From Terriglobia bacterium (GTDB lineage Bacteria; Acidobacteriota; Terriglobia; Terriglobales; Acidobacteriaceae), in NCBI GenBank assembly GCA_963823745.1, contig CAWGMN010000013.1:38246-102245 (forward strand): a stretch of DNA of 64,000 bases. Direction: 5' to 3'. This document shows positions 1-9,145 of the stretch, piece after piece. How positions within the stretch are numbered: position 1 is the first letter of the stretch; every line of letters starts with the position of its first letter. Under the pieces are notes generated by a model, which was not told where the DNA came from, made no database searches, and saw only the letters and a program-made list of their open reading frames with translations. The position numbers were made by a program, and so were the translations under genes.

Positions 1-10
1 TCCTTTGTAG

Positions 11-136
11 TTGGTAATTGGTAGTTGGTATTTAGCTGCTAGCTGCTAGCTTCTAGCTGCTAGCTCTTGGCTCTTGGCTCTTGGCTCTTGGCTCTTGGCT
101 CTTGGCTTTTGGCTCTTGGCTTTTGGCTTTTGGCCT
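11..136. repeat. Degenerate heptanucleotide tandem array, 18 units in perfect 7-nt register
   Basis: The units read TTGGTAA TTGGTAG TTGGTAT TTAGCTG CTAGCTG CTAGCTT CTAGCTG CTAGCTC, then TTGGCTC/TTGGCTT x9 and TTGGCCT. There is no indel across 126 nt while the unit sequence drifts. Confidence 0.9.
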
Positions 137-187
137 CGATGCATTGCATATTGAGATATCGGAATGGGTTATGACAATTTCTGGTAG

Positions 188-207
188 AGACGTAGCATGC
201 TACGTCT
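188..207. repeat. Perfect 20-bp palindrome AGACGTAGCATGCTACGTCT
   Basis: The sequence is its own reverse complement. It is intergenic, between the heptad array and the first ORF. Confidence 0.85.
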
Positions 208-329
208 ATCGTTGCAGAGCAACGACAGGTTTTGGTTTTGAAATGCCTGCGTGATCAGCAATTCTGAGGACGTTCACACCGCGGATCCTCGACATCAAAG
301 CTAAGAGCCAAGAGCTAAGTAGCCAGCAG

Positions 330-1047
330 CTACGCCCCCACATGCTCCCTGATCCCCAGCTTCTCCGCCTGTGCGGTGCGAACTCTTCCCGCCTCCAGCG
401 ACGAACTCCAGATATACGAGCACTTGTCGCGCATGTAATCGAGCGCGCGCTGGCGGATGCGCTGCTCTTCTTTTTCCAGCGCGTAGCGGGCCGCGGTCTC
501 GGCTTCTTTCACGCGTGTTTCCACTGAACTGCTGCGGGATTCCAGGTTCTTCCAATACGCCGAGATGAACTCGTAAAGTTCGCTCTCGGGACGGAATCTT
601 TTCCACCGGGCCGCCCACCATCTCATAGTCGCCAAACTGCGGAAACGGTCCGAGCTTGGGCGTACCGTCGGACAAACAGTTCTCCGGGGCAAACCATTGC
701 GTCCGGTTGTAGTGGGAAGCCGGAAACCAGCGCTGGATGATCCAGCCCTCTAGATGCGGATAGCGCTGCTGTTCCACCAGCCGGTCAGACTCATCGCGCA
801 ACGGACGCGCCTCTGATCTGCGCAGGCCCAGGCCGTCATGATTGAAGTCATTAGCAATCCATCCACCACGCTCGGCAAGCGAGAGACTGCTATGCCATAT
901 CTTGCCGCCCTGCACCTTCCAGACAACATTGCGGGCCAGCACCAGCCGCCACATTGGCTGACTAAAAGGGTTAGCTCCACCGATCCGGAGCAAGTAGTCA
1001 TGAATTTCCTGCGGCGCGCGTTCGACGCCTTGTATGTCGTTAGTCAT
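330..1047 (-). CDS. Hypothetical phage-cluster protein with one frame break near 600
   Basis: ORF 301..1047 is protein-like from M(1047) to ..FGDYEMVGGPVE. The protein-like continuation RFRPESELYEFISAYWKNLE..GIREHVGA lies in the +1 frame (ORF 330..692) and stops at TAG 330-332. The break coincides with the T4 run 599-602. No family recognised. Confidence 0.55.
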
Positions 1048-1060
1048 AGTGGGGGAAGGG

Positions 1061-1130
1061 TACTTGGTATTTGGTATTTAGTAATTGGGACGGAAGCTGC
1101 TAGCTACTAGCCTCTAGCTGCTAGCTTCCA
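1061..1130. repeat. Heptanucleotide array, 10 units
   Basis: TACTTGG TATTTGG TATTTAG TAATTGG GACGGAA GCTGCTA GCTACTA GCCTCTA GCTGCTA GCTTCCA, all in register. Confidence 0.85.
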
Positions 1131-1280
1131 AATCAAAAGCGAAAGCTTACGTTATTTACTCTGAGTCTTAGACAACAGGCGGAATCAGAGAAAAACCAAA
1201 ACCGCTGATGACAAATAACTGCTGATCGTCAGACTTGTTTCTCTTTCAATCAGTGTCATCTGCGTTCATCAGCGGTTGGA

Positions 1281-1336
1281 GTTAGCTAGCTGCCAGATTT
1301 GGCTAGAAGCCAGGAGCTAGCAGCTAGAAGCTATTT
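1281..1336. repeat. Heptanucleotide array, 8 units, abutting the stop codon of the capsid-like gene
   Basis: GTTAGCT AGCTGCC AGATTTG GCTAGAA GCCAGGA GCTAGCA GCTAGAA GCTATTT. The minus-strand TAA stop of ORF 1335..2612 lies in the last unit. Confidence 0.85.
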
Positions 1337-2612
1337 AGTTCCCCGCAGGCACCTTGCAGCTTGTCACGCTCGACAGCGCCTTGGGATTATCCACGTAGAA
1401 CTGAATGGCATCCACGAGGTAGCTTTTCTCCACCGCCTGCGGATTGCCGGTGGTGGTGTCGTACTGCTGGAAGACGCTCTGTCCGCCGCGGTTCTTGAAC
1501 CAGAACGGCGGATTGCCCCACTTGACCTTGCCCCACGATTTCACGTTCACCAGGTCCCAGCGGGTCTGGTCGGCGTGAATGTTGGAGATGATCTCGCGGC
1601 CGTCAATGGTCATCTTCTGGAACAGGCCATCGAAGTTCTTGGCTTTGCCTTCCGACAGCGGAACGTACTGCAACTGGAATCCCAGTTCCTCATAGGCCTG
1701 CAACTGCGACGGATGCGTGTGCCAGATCTGGCCTTTCAGCCCGTCGGGACCCAGGGCCTGCACAATCTGGTTCTGCGCGAGGCGCAACAGCGGCAGAGTA
1801 ATGGAAGAGCTGGCCGCATTCACGCCGTTGGCAACCACGTATCCGTTGGTGCGCGAGATACCCATCAGCGTGCCGCTGGTGGAGGTGGAATGGAACACCG
1901 GAATGCCATTGATGAACGGATCGTTGCCGGTAGCCAGTCCGTCAACCACGATGATGTCGCCCGCCACAGTGCCCGTGGGAACAACGTCAACGGTAACGGA
2001 CTGCGTTCCGCCCAGCGTGTTCTGAATTGCAGTGATGGTGCAACTGCCCCGGTTGGTGGCGAAGTTGGAGGTAAAGACCTGCACCTTCTGGCCCTGCGCC
2101 AGCAGGCGCGAGCCAAAACCGTTGCTCGAATTCGACGCCAGCACCAGAGGATTGGCGCCGCCACCGGCATAAGTCGCGTCTACCGTGGCCAGCTTGCCGT
2201 CGCCATTGGTGTTGAGAAAAATATCTCTCATGCGTTGGATGTAGATGGCAGCGTCGGCAATGGTCTTGGAGACCGGATTCACGGTGGCGACATCTTTCGG
2301 TTCGCCCACCAGATCGGCCAGCCGCGTGTACTGGATCGGCACCGCGTAGGCCAGCGGAGTCACGGTAAACTGGTCCCACTGGCTCGATCCGCCGGAGGGC
2401 AGCGAGCCGCCATCGAGGTTGATCTTGGCCACTGCTCCGGTGAGCGCCGTCTGAATGCGCACGCGGAACGATTTGGTGGAAACGCGGTTCGATCGCCCGT
2501 TGTCCTTAATGCGGCAGTCGAGCGAGTTAGCCGCCTCCACCAGCAGAGGAATTACGTCATTTACGTCTTCCAGTTGCAGAGCAATGGCAGACGATGCGGT
2601 AAGTTGAGGCAT
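1335..2612 (-). CDS. Putative major capsid protein (HK97-fold-like)
   Basis: 425 aa, with an AAGGAC Shine-Dalgarno 5 nt upstream. It lies immediately downstream of the scaffold-like gene and the terminase. The Gly/Thr/Val-rich composition and size fit coat proteins. The call rests on synteny, not on a motif I can name. Confidence 0.55.
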   Translation of the reverse strand: MPQLTASSAIALQLEDVNDVIPLLVEAANSLDCRIKDNGRSNRVSTKSFRVRIQTALTGAVAKINLDGGSLPSGGSSQWDQFTVTPLAYAVPIQYTRLADLVGEPKDVATVNPVSKTIADAAIYIQRMRDIFLNTNGDGKLATVDATYAGGGANPLVLASNSSNGFGSRLLAQGQKVQVFTSNFATNRGSCTITAIQNTLGGTQSVTVDVVPTGTVAGDIIVVDGLATGNDPFINGIPVFHSTSTSGTLMGISRTNGYVVANGVNAASSSITLPLLRLAQNQIVQALGPDGLKGQIWHTHPSQLQAYEELGFQLQYVPLSEGKAKNFDGLFQKMTIDGREIISNIHADQTRWDLVNVKSWGKVKWGNPPFWFKNRGGQSVFQQYDTTTGNPQAVEKSYLVDAIQFYVDNPKALSSVTSCKVPAGN

Positions 2613-2678
2613 GGATAAGTCCTTTAAGCTGCGCGGATCATGCCGCGCCCATTAGCCCAGGTATGGGAGTGCAACTTG

Positions 2679-4196
2679 TCAGCGGCCGCTGCGGCGGTCG
2701 AGCGCCCACAACTCGATGAGCTTGTGCGCTGAAGGCTCTTCGCCATGTTCGTTGATGTATTGATCTCTGATCTGTTCGAAGAGCTGTTCCGGCGATTTCT
2801 GCCGGCCAGCCAGCGCCGGCCCCGCGGTGCTGCGCGGCTCTGAACGGCTGCGCGCCACCTGGGATTCAATCTTCTGTTGGCGCTCCTGTTGTCTGGCGAT
2901 CACAGGGGCGGAAGCTTCTTTCAGCACCTGCCGGACTACCGGCCCGGCCAGCGACTGCACGTGCGACATGATCAGATTGATTCGCTGCTGGCGGCTTTCC
3001 GCCAAGCGCGGATATCGCGCCAGCTCCGCCATGCGCGCCTGGAAGAACTTGTTCCTGTTCAGCGTTTCCAGAATGGCGGTATCAATCTTTTCCCGCGCCG
3101 TCTGCCGGACAAAATCAGACAGGGCTGCTTTTTCAAGTACAGGGTTGATCAGCGAATCAATCTTCGACTGGGCTTCTTTGCCCACCGAAAGATCGAACGC
3201 CGACTCGGCGGCCTTCTGCTGCGCGAGCTGCTGGCGATTCAGCTCCTGTTCACGCCGTTGTAGGTTCTGGGCAGCGGCCCTCAGGTGCGGTGGCAGTTCA
3301 TGGTCCTGCGGCTGGGAGGAAGCCGATGTACGCTCCCGGACCGTGTCCAGCGCCGCTATGAGTTCCTGGTCGCCTTCACGCTCCGCCTGCTGGCGGATGA
3401 AATCCATTTGCCGTTGATTGATGTGTTCGAGAAAACCGTGAAACGCCGGATGCAGTTGCGGCACTCCGTTCTCCACCACCGGATTGCCCTGCTCATCGCG
3501 CAGCATGGACATGCCGGCCCAATGTTGCAGGAACTGGGTTGCGCCCTGCGGGGTTACGGCGTTCAGGAACATGTCGTCAAGCTGACGGAATGACGCGGCA
3601 TTCTCCATGGCGTACTTCGCGCTTTCCACGTCAGGAAAAAGCTCGCGGTAGCGGTTAGCGTCATGGGCCAGCCGCGCATTGCGGAACATGGAGTTGCGCA
3701 GTTCCGGGTCGGCCTCCAGCGCCTGCTTGAGCGCCGGATTGGCATTGATGCGATCGTTCAGCTCGCGCGGCGAAAACACATCGTCTGCGGCAAGATCGAG
3801 CTGCGCGGGTTCATTGTCTTCGTCCGCATCGTCTTCGTTCTGGGCTTCGGCCTGCTGCGCAGAGCCGTCTTCTTCGTCACTAGTGGCGGCCTGCTCGTCT
3901 GCGTTTTCGGTGTCGTTGCTTTCGGCATTGTCAGTCTGATCGCCTGCATTGTCGGCATTCTGCTGCTGCCGCCGTTCGAGCAACGCCTGGGCATAGTCTT
4001 CCAGCGAATCAAAGTCGTTGAGGCTGGGCGCAGCCGATGAGGCATTGTTGGTGCTGCTTTCAGCGTGTGTGTTGGCCACATCGCGTGTGGCGGAATGCGA
4101 GGTGTTTTCACTGGCAGAAGAAGATGATGCAGGCGCACTGCTCCCCAAGGCGGACGTCTGCGCCGCACTCTGGGGAGTGTTGGTTTCAATTGGCAT
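2679..4196 (-). CDS. Putative scaffolding protein
   Basis: 505 aa. The N-terminal third is acidic Ser/Ala/Asp/Glu/Asn low complexity, and the rest is Gln/Glu/Arg/Leu-rich and looks helical. It sits between the terminase and the capsid-like gene, with an AAGGAA SD upstream. Confidence 0.45.
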   Translation of the reverse strand: MPIETNTPQSAAQTSALGSSAPASSSSASENTSHSATRDVANTHAESSTNNASSAAPSLNDFDSLEDYAQALLERRQQQNADNAGDQTDNAESNDTENADEQAATSDEEDGSAQQAEAQNEDDADEDNEPAQLDLAADDVFSPRELNDRINANPALKQALEADPELRNSMFRNARLAHDANRYRELFPDVESAKYAMENAASFRQLDDMFLNAVTPQGATQFLQHWAGMSMLRDEQGNPVVENGVPQLHPAFHGFLEHINQRQMDFIRQQAEREGDQELIAALDTVRERTSASSQPQDHELPPHLRAAAQNLQRREQELNRQQLAQQKAAESAFDLSVGKEAQSKIDSLINPVLEKAALSDFVRQTAREKIDTAILETLNRNKFFQARMAELARYPRLAESRQQRINLIMSHVQSLAGPVVRQVLKEASAPVIARQQERQQKIESQVARSRSEPRSTAGPALAGRQKSPEQLFEQIRDQYINEHGEEPSAHKLIELWALDRRSGR

Positions 4197-4363
4197 GTGT
4201 TTTGGGTTCCTTAAAGATTTTGATAGTTAAGACAAAAATTCAACCACGGAGACACTGAGGCACGGAGAACTGCTTTCTAAAAATCGGGATCATCAGCACA
4301 ATCAGCAGTCAGGTTTTTTAATCAGTGAAGATCACTTCGATCTGTGTCATCCGTGGGTAAGGT

Positions 4364-6076
4364 TCACCGGCGGCGACCCCGCATCTGCTGGCGAAGCAGC
4401 CCGAAGCGGCCCAACGGAATTGAGACCGGCTTATCTGCTGTTGCCGCGTCGAACATTGCATCCTCATAACGGATCATTCTCGATGTAACGTCCTCCTCCG
4501 GAATATCCGCGATGACCTCGCGGGCCTGCATGGCCGGGGTCTTATGCGACGGCTCCGGCAGCGCCAGGCAGAGATATTTGAGCGGATCGCGCAGGTGGTT
4601 ATCTTTATCTACGATCTTTTCCGTTGGATTTTGTGAAATCAATTGCGTGGCGCTCAGCTCTTCGCGACGCGCCCGGCGCAGTTCCCACAGCAGGTTGGGG
4701 CAGCCATCGTTATGCACGCCATACAGCGGACGCGTAATCTCCCGCTTCTCCCTCGGGCACACGATCTTCAGCGTAGGCTCGCGGGAATCGAGATCGTGCC
4801 AGTGGGCCAGAATGCGCTCCATCCCCAGCAATTCATGAGTCTCGGGCGCAGGCAACAGGTTCCGGATTCCCTGCTCCACGTAAAGATCTGAAATGGCCTT
4901 GAACTGTCCATCACCCTGGGCCTGCGTCTTATAAAAAATAGATGGGTCGGCATAGATTTCCGCCTGCATAAAACCATTCAACGCCGCCAGGTTGGGCCGG
5001 TGCTGGGCGGGCGTGAGTCCCGGCTGGTAGTACTCGCTCACAATGTAGATCACGCCGTCATAATCAATCAGCGCAACCAGCGCGCCTGTAGGATTGGCCT
5101 TGCCATGATCGAAGCCGCCCAGCTTCTTCCAGTGCGGCGAGGGCTGAAAACCGGAACTATACGGATCAATCAGGATTTTTTCCGCATAGCGCCCCAGGAT
5201 GTCGGCAAACAGCCGTTCGCCGCCACCGGCCTCATGGATGATCTCCTGCTCGCGGTCCCATGAACCCTGTGACGAATACTTCTTGCGCTCGCGCAGAGCC
5301 CACTTGCCATCGCGCTCCGGATCGGCCGAATAATGGACGCGATACACCGGCCGCTCATCGGGCATGCGCCGCAGTCCCAGTCCTTTGGGAAAGCCGGACG
5401 AGAAAACATCCGTGGCGCTCTGGCACTGCTCGGAAAACCATCCTGGCCCGGCAGAGCTGACTACCACAATCTTCTGGCATACCGGCACGGCATGGTCGTA
5501 GGCTTTGCCCGCTTCGGGCATGAAAGCGGCTTCGTCCTGCAACAGCCCCCACGGATGGTAGCTGCGCACCTGGTCGCCGCCGCCCGGTATGCCGATAATG
5601 CGGCTGCCGTTGCCGAACTCTATCTCTCCGCCGGACTGCCGGCCTTTGGCCAGCGGATAGAGCTGGCGCAAAGTCTCTTCCTGTTGCTCGTACAAGGTGC
5701 GCGCGTAGTCCACCAGTTCGAAAGCTTTGTCTTCTTTCTGGGACTGGAACAGCACCTCGATGCCGGGCGTGGTCATGGCTGTGTGCGTGAACAGCCCCAC
5801 AAATAACCATGAGAGCATCATGTCCCGCGATTTTTCTACGAACATGATCGGCTCGTTTTGAAACGCTTCTACCAGAGGCCGGAAGTACGGCTTGTCTGGA
5901 AATGAACGATACGGCGAATGCGCCCCGGCCTCGCGCCAGTGGCTGTCTTTAGTTTGCGTGGACTGCTGCAACCAGCACAGAGGATCGCCCACCAGCCTCT
6001 CCACGCGCTCCTTCTCTATAGGATCAACTACCGGAGCTACTTTCTCTTGCTGTGACTTATTGCTGGTTGGAGGCAT
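4364..6076 (-). CDS. Terminase large subunit
   Basis: 570 aa. It has a Walker-A-like VEKSRDMMLSW, a Walker-B LLQDEAAF, an SSAG coupling motif, and a C-terminal RNaseH-like nuclease pattern (GGFDHG, IYADPS, DKDNHLRDPLKYL). Confidence 0.85.
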   Translation of the reverse strand: MPPTSNKSQQEKVAPVVDPIEKERVERLVGDPLCWLQQSTQTKDSHWREAGAHSPYRSFPDKPYFRPLVEAFQNEPIMFVEKSRDMMLSWLFVGLFTHTAMTTPGIEVLFQSQKEDKAFELVDYARTLYEQQEETLRQLYPLAKGRQSGGEIEFGNGSRIIGIPGGGDQVRSYHPWGLLQDEAAFMPEAGKAYDHAVPVCQKIVVVSSAGPGWFSEQCQSATDVFSSGFPKGLGLRRMPDERPVYRVHYSADPERDGKWALRERKKYSSQGSWDREQEIIHEAGGGERLFADILGRYAEKILIDPYSSGFQPSPHWKKLGGFDHGKANPTGALVALIDYDGVIYIVSEYYQPGLTPAQHRPNLAALNGFMQAEIYADPSIFYKTQAQGDGQFKAISDLYVEQGIRNLLPAPETHELLGMERILAHWHDLDSREPTLKIVCPREKREITRPLYGVHNDGCPNLLWELRRARREELSATQLISQNPTEKIVDKDNHLRDPLKYLCLALPEPSHKTPAMQAREVIADIPEEDVTSRMIRYEDAMFDAATADKPVSIPLGRFGLLRQQMRGRRR

Positions 6077-6224
6077 GTGACCGGGGTAATTAGGGTTTTT
6101 AATGCAGGGTTAATGGAAGACCAAGAACACAATGCGAGTATACAAAGCATCGAAGCTCTCCCAATTGAGCTTCAGAGGATGGCGCTCCCGCAGGCCCCAT
6201 CCTCACACATAAATAGTAGGGAGT

Positions 6225-6275
6225 CGGGCCGTTCTAGTTATTGTCTCCAACTAGTGGCGGCCCGCTTTTTTGTTT
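6225..6275 (+). terminator. Canonical intrinsic terminator on the plus strand
   Basis: CGGGCCG(6225-6231) pairs with CGGCCCG(6258-6264), and the inner CTAGTT(6234-6239) pairs with AACTAG(6249-6254). CTTTTTTGTTTT follows. All confident neighbouring genes are on the minus strand, so the terminated transcript is unknown. Confidence 0.5.
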
Positions 6276-6463
6276 TGAGCTACTAGCTTCTAGCTTGTGT
6301 GAATCGTTGATAGATTCACGCCGCCTTGAGAAAAGTACAGAGGTCCTTCGGTGCAAAGATCGCACCTCAAGATGACATGCGTTTAGATTTGATAGATATT
6401 GCCGATTCAAATTCGCGCACATTCGCGTAATTCGCGGCAGGGCTTTTTGCATTTGCTTACAAG

Positions 6464-7801
6464 CTACGACAATGCCATCTCTTCCCTCTTCTTGCGCTCG
6501 ATGCCTTCGCGTCCGTCGTAGCGGACGAATTGTGGCAGCGCGATGCCCAGCACCACGGTTCCGAGCACGCACAGGATGCCGCCCGAAACTATTGACGTGC
6601 GAATACTGAACAGGCTGGCTACAATGCCGGCCTCGGCGTTGCCCAGCATGGGGCCGGACATATAGCTCACCATCTCGATCGCCGCCAGCCGTCCGCGCAG
6701 GTGATTGGGGATGGTCTGGTTCCACATGGTCATGCGAAAAAGTCCGCTTACCATGTCGGCAGCGCCCGCCAGCGCCAGGCAGAACAGCGCCAGCCATAAA
6801 TGTCCGGCAAAGCCGAAAGCGATAATCGCCAAACCCCAGATGCCCGCAGCGATGGTAATAGCCAGCCCTTGCCGATGCACACGCGCAGTCCAACCGGACG
6901 CCACGGTGACCACCAGCCCGCCCACGGCCGGCGCCGCATAAAGCAGCCCTACCGTCCCATTACCGAATCGCGTGGCAATGGCTGGAAACAGTGCCATAGG
7001 CATGCCGAAAAACATGGCGTTGATGTCTATGAGATACGTTCCCATCAATTCCTGGCGGCTCCACGCATAGCGCAGGCCTTCGGCAACAGTGCGTAAGCTG
7101 GGCCGGTCGGCGGATGCCGATGCAGGAGCAGCACGCAGCATCCACAGCGCCACCACCGAAATCAACAGCGTGGCCAGATGTATGGAATAGCCAACAGCGG
7201 CCCCGGCTGTTGCGGCAATCGCGCCACCAGCAGCAGGACCGAGAATCGCACTTGCCGTGCCGCCTGCCGCCCGCAACGCGGAAACTGCCGGTATAAGTTC
7301 CGGCGGCACCAGGCGCGGCGTGAGCGCCTCCAGCGATGGACGCTTGAGCGCGCTCAGCCCCGCAAAAATCACCGCGCAGACAAACAGCACCCATACCCTG
7401 GGGTGCGGCAGCAGTGAATTCAATATCATCGCCACGCCGACCAGCGCGGAAAACGATTCCGTGGCCAGCACCATGCGCCGGCGGTCCACCGAATCGGCCA
7501 GTGCGCCACCGATGAATGCCATCGTCAGCATGGGCACAAATTCGGCTGCGGCCAGCATGCCCACCGCCAGCGACGACCGGGTGAGCTGGTACATCTGCCA
7601 GGGCAGCACCACATAGCTCATCATCGCGCCGAAATACGAAACCGTCTGGCTGGTAAAAACCAGACGGTAATCGCGCGAGACCCGAAGCGGCGTCAGATCA
7701 ATCGAAAGCCCGTCTCGCCGCGCCTGCGAAGGTTCAACGGCAGGCTCGGGCAGCGGGTCGGGCGTAAGGTGCGCAGGGCTATGCGGCTGCTGGGTATCCA
7801 C
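6464..7801 (-). CDS. MFS transporter (EntS/MFS_3-like)
   Basis: 445 aa with about 12 hydrophobic segments. It carries an MFS-type loop motif (AFIGGALADSVDRRRMV) after TM2. Confidence 0.85.
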   Translation of the reverse strand: MDTQQPHSPAHLTPDPLPEPAVEPSQARRDGLSIDLTPLRVSRDYRLVFTSQTVSYFGAMMSYVVLPWQMYQLTRSSLAVGMLAAAEFVPMLTMAFIGGALADSVDRRRMVLATESFSALVGVAMILNSLLPHPRVWVLFVCAVIFAGLSALKRPSLEALTPRLVPPELIPAVSALRAAGGTASAILGPAAGGAIAATAGAAVGYSIHLATLLISVVALWMLRAAPASASADRPSLRTVAEGLRYAWSRQELMGTYLIDINAMFFGMPMALFPAIATRFGNGTVGLLYAAPAVGGLVVTVASGWTARVHRQGLAITIAAGIWGLAIIAFGFAGHLWLALFCLALAGAADMVSGLFRMTMWNQTIPNHLRGRLAAIEMVSYMSGPMLGNAEAGIVASLFSIRTSIVSGGILCVLGTVVLGIALPQFVRYDGREGIERKKREEMALS

Positions 7802-7873
7802 CTTGGAAATATAACGTACCCGGATAGTGCGACGGCACTCTGTACCGGCCGCTGCCAGTGGTCTTATTCAGTG

Positions 7874-9082
7874 TTATTTTTTGGCAACATCAGCTTCCAC
7901 CAGACCGCTGATCGGACTGTCTGGTTTCAAATAGGACCGTAATTCTTTATAAGGGACCACGATGAGAGGAGTGCAGTCCATGACACTCCGTCCGTCATTT
8001 GGATCACCCTCAACCGCGATTCCTGTTTTCACCAGATAGGCATGCTTTAGCGCGCCTCGCACATCGTTCACCCGGCAGTCCTGATTTGGCGGTTTGTAAT
8101 GGGCCATATAGAACCTGCTTAAAATACAATCGGGACCTGCCAGGCACTCAGAAGAACCGCCTGGATCGTCTGTATCATGGCCGCCTTGAGTATCAGGTTT
8201 GAGTTTTCGGCCATTGAAAAAACTATCTAATTTCACCTCGCGACCGTTGCGCATATCAAAAATCAGCGTGTCAAATGAAGCGTCTGGATGGGCGGTACCG
8301 GGAGTGTAGTAGCTATTCCAGAATGTCACACAGAGAACGTCTCTGGTCAGTAGAGTCACTTTGACATCGTCGTCGTTTGTGGTCCCATCCTGCTCGCCGG
8401 TTTGCGCTGATAGAATGCGTTCATTTGCAAACTTCCGTGCGAGAAGTGCATTCACTTTCTGCATGATTGCGGCATCAGGAAAATGAGTGAGACGCGGCAT
8501 ACTGGCGCCCAGCAGCTTATCTTTCCTGATGACATAGGCCATCCCCGGCGCTGCCGTGACCTCGGGAGTTTCACTCACTGGCCCCTGTAGAAGCAGGTCG
8601 AAGTATGCCTGATCGGCCCGTTTTTGATCCGAAGGTTCATACAACGATGGATCAAAGCCGGTGGAAACACGGGTGAGAGTTACCTCTGATGTTTTGTCTT
8701 GCGCTGATACCGGCCCGGTGACCTTGCATTTGCAAAAGATTCCATTCGCTGTGCCGTTCTTGAATGTAAGCAGCCATTCGGCGTCCGATGCCGACACATC
8801 GTTATCCGCATTCGTATGAGCAATTTCCTGTAAATGGATTTTGCCGTCCGCCTGCTGCTCGCCCGTGAGCGCAATTTCCATACCGTGACGATGGTAGAAA
8901 TACCGGCCCGCGACATTCTTCTCATCACCGGTAATTCCCAATTCCACAACGACTGCCTGGCCTCCCAGAGTGCCTGTATATACGCCGTTAACGGCGGTCG
9001 CCTGCAATGCAAATGAGGTTTGTAACCCGGAAAGTATTGCCAACCACAGGGCAGCCACGAACTGAATAATCTTCTTTATCAT
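7874..9082 (-). CDS. Secreted DUF3298-like protein (RsiV/PdaC extracellular-domain type), paralog 1
   Basis: Signal peptide MIKKIIQFVAALWLAILSGLQTSFA. DUF3298-like core WNSYYTPGTAHPDASFDTLIFDMRNGREVKLDSFF, and C-terminal ..PLIVVPYKELRSYLKP. Clearly paralogous to 9146..10414. Confidence 0.5.
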   Translation of the reverse strand: MIKKIIQFVAALWLAILSGLQTSFALQATAVNGVYTGTLGGQAVVVELGITGDEKNVAGRYFYHRHGMEIALTGEQQADGKIHLQEIAHTNADNDVSASDAEWLLTFKNGTANGIFCKCKVTGPVSAQDKTSEVTLTRVSTGFDPSLYEPSDQKRADQAYFDLLLQGPVSETPEVTAAPGMAYVIRKDKLLGASMPRLTHFPDAAIMQKVNALLARKFANERILSAQTGEQDGTTNDDDVKVTLLTRDVLCVTFWNSYYTPGTAHPDASFDTLIFDMRNGREVKLDSFFNGRKLKPDTQGGHDTDDPGGSSECLAGPDCILSRFYMAHYKPPNQDCRVNDVRGALKHAYLVKTGIAVEGDPNDGRSVMDCTPLIVVPYKELRSYLKPDSPISGLVEADVAKK

Positions 9083-9145
9083 ATATAACCTCACCGTGAG
9101 TGCACGCTACCTTGGGGGCCGCTCTCAATGTTTCGCCAAAATCTG

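Noticed and set aside
1299-2618. 439 aa plus-strand ORF covering the capsid-like gene
   Set aside because: It is an antisense shadow ORF in GC-rich DNA. The product is Arg/Gly/Ala/His-rich with no protein-like pattern, whereas the minus-strand frame has an SD and coherent sequence.
6234-7616. Multiple 60-220 aa ORFs in alternative frames over the MFS gene
   Set aside because: They are shadow frames of a GC-rich gene. Only the 445 aa minus-strand frame shows transmembrane periodicity and MFS motifs.
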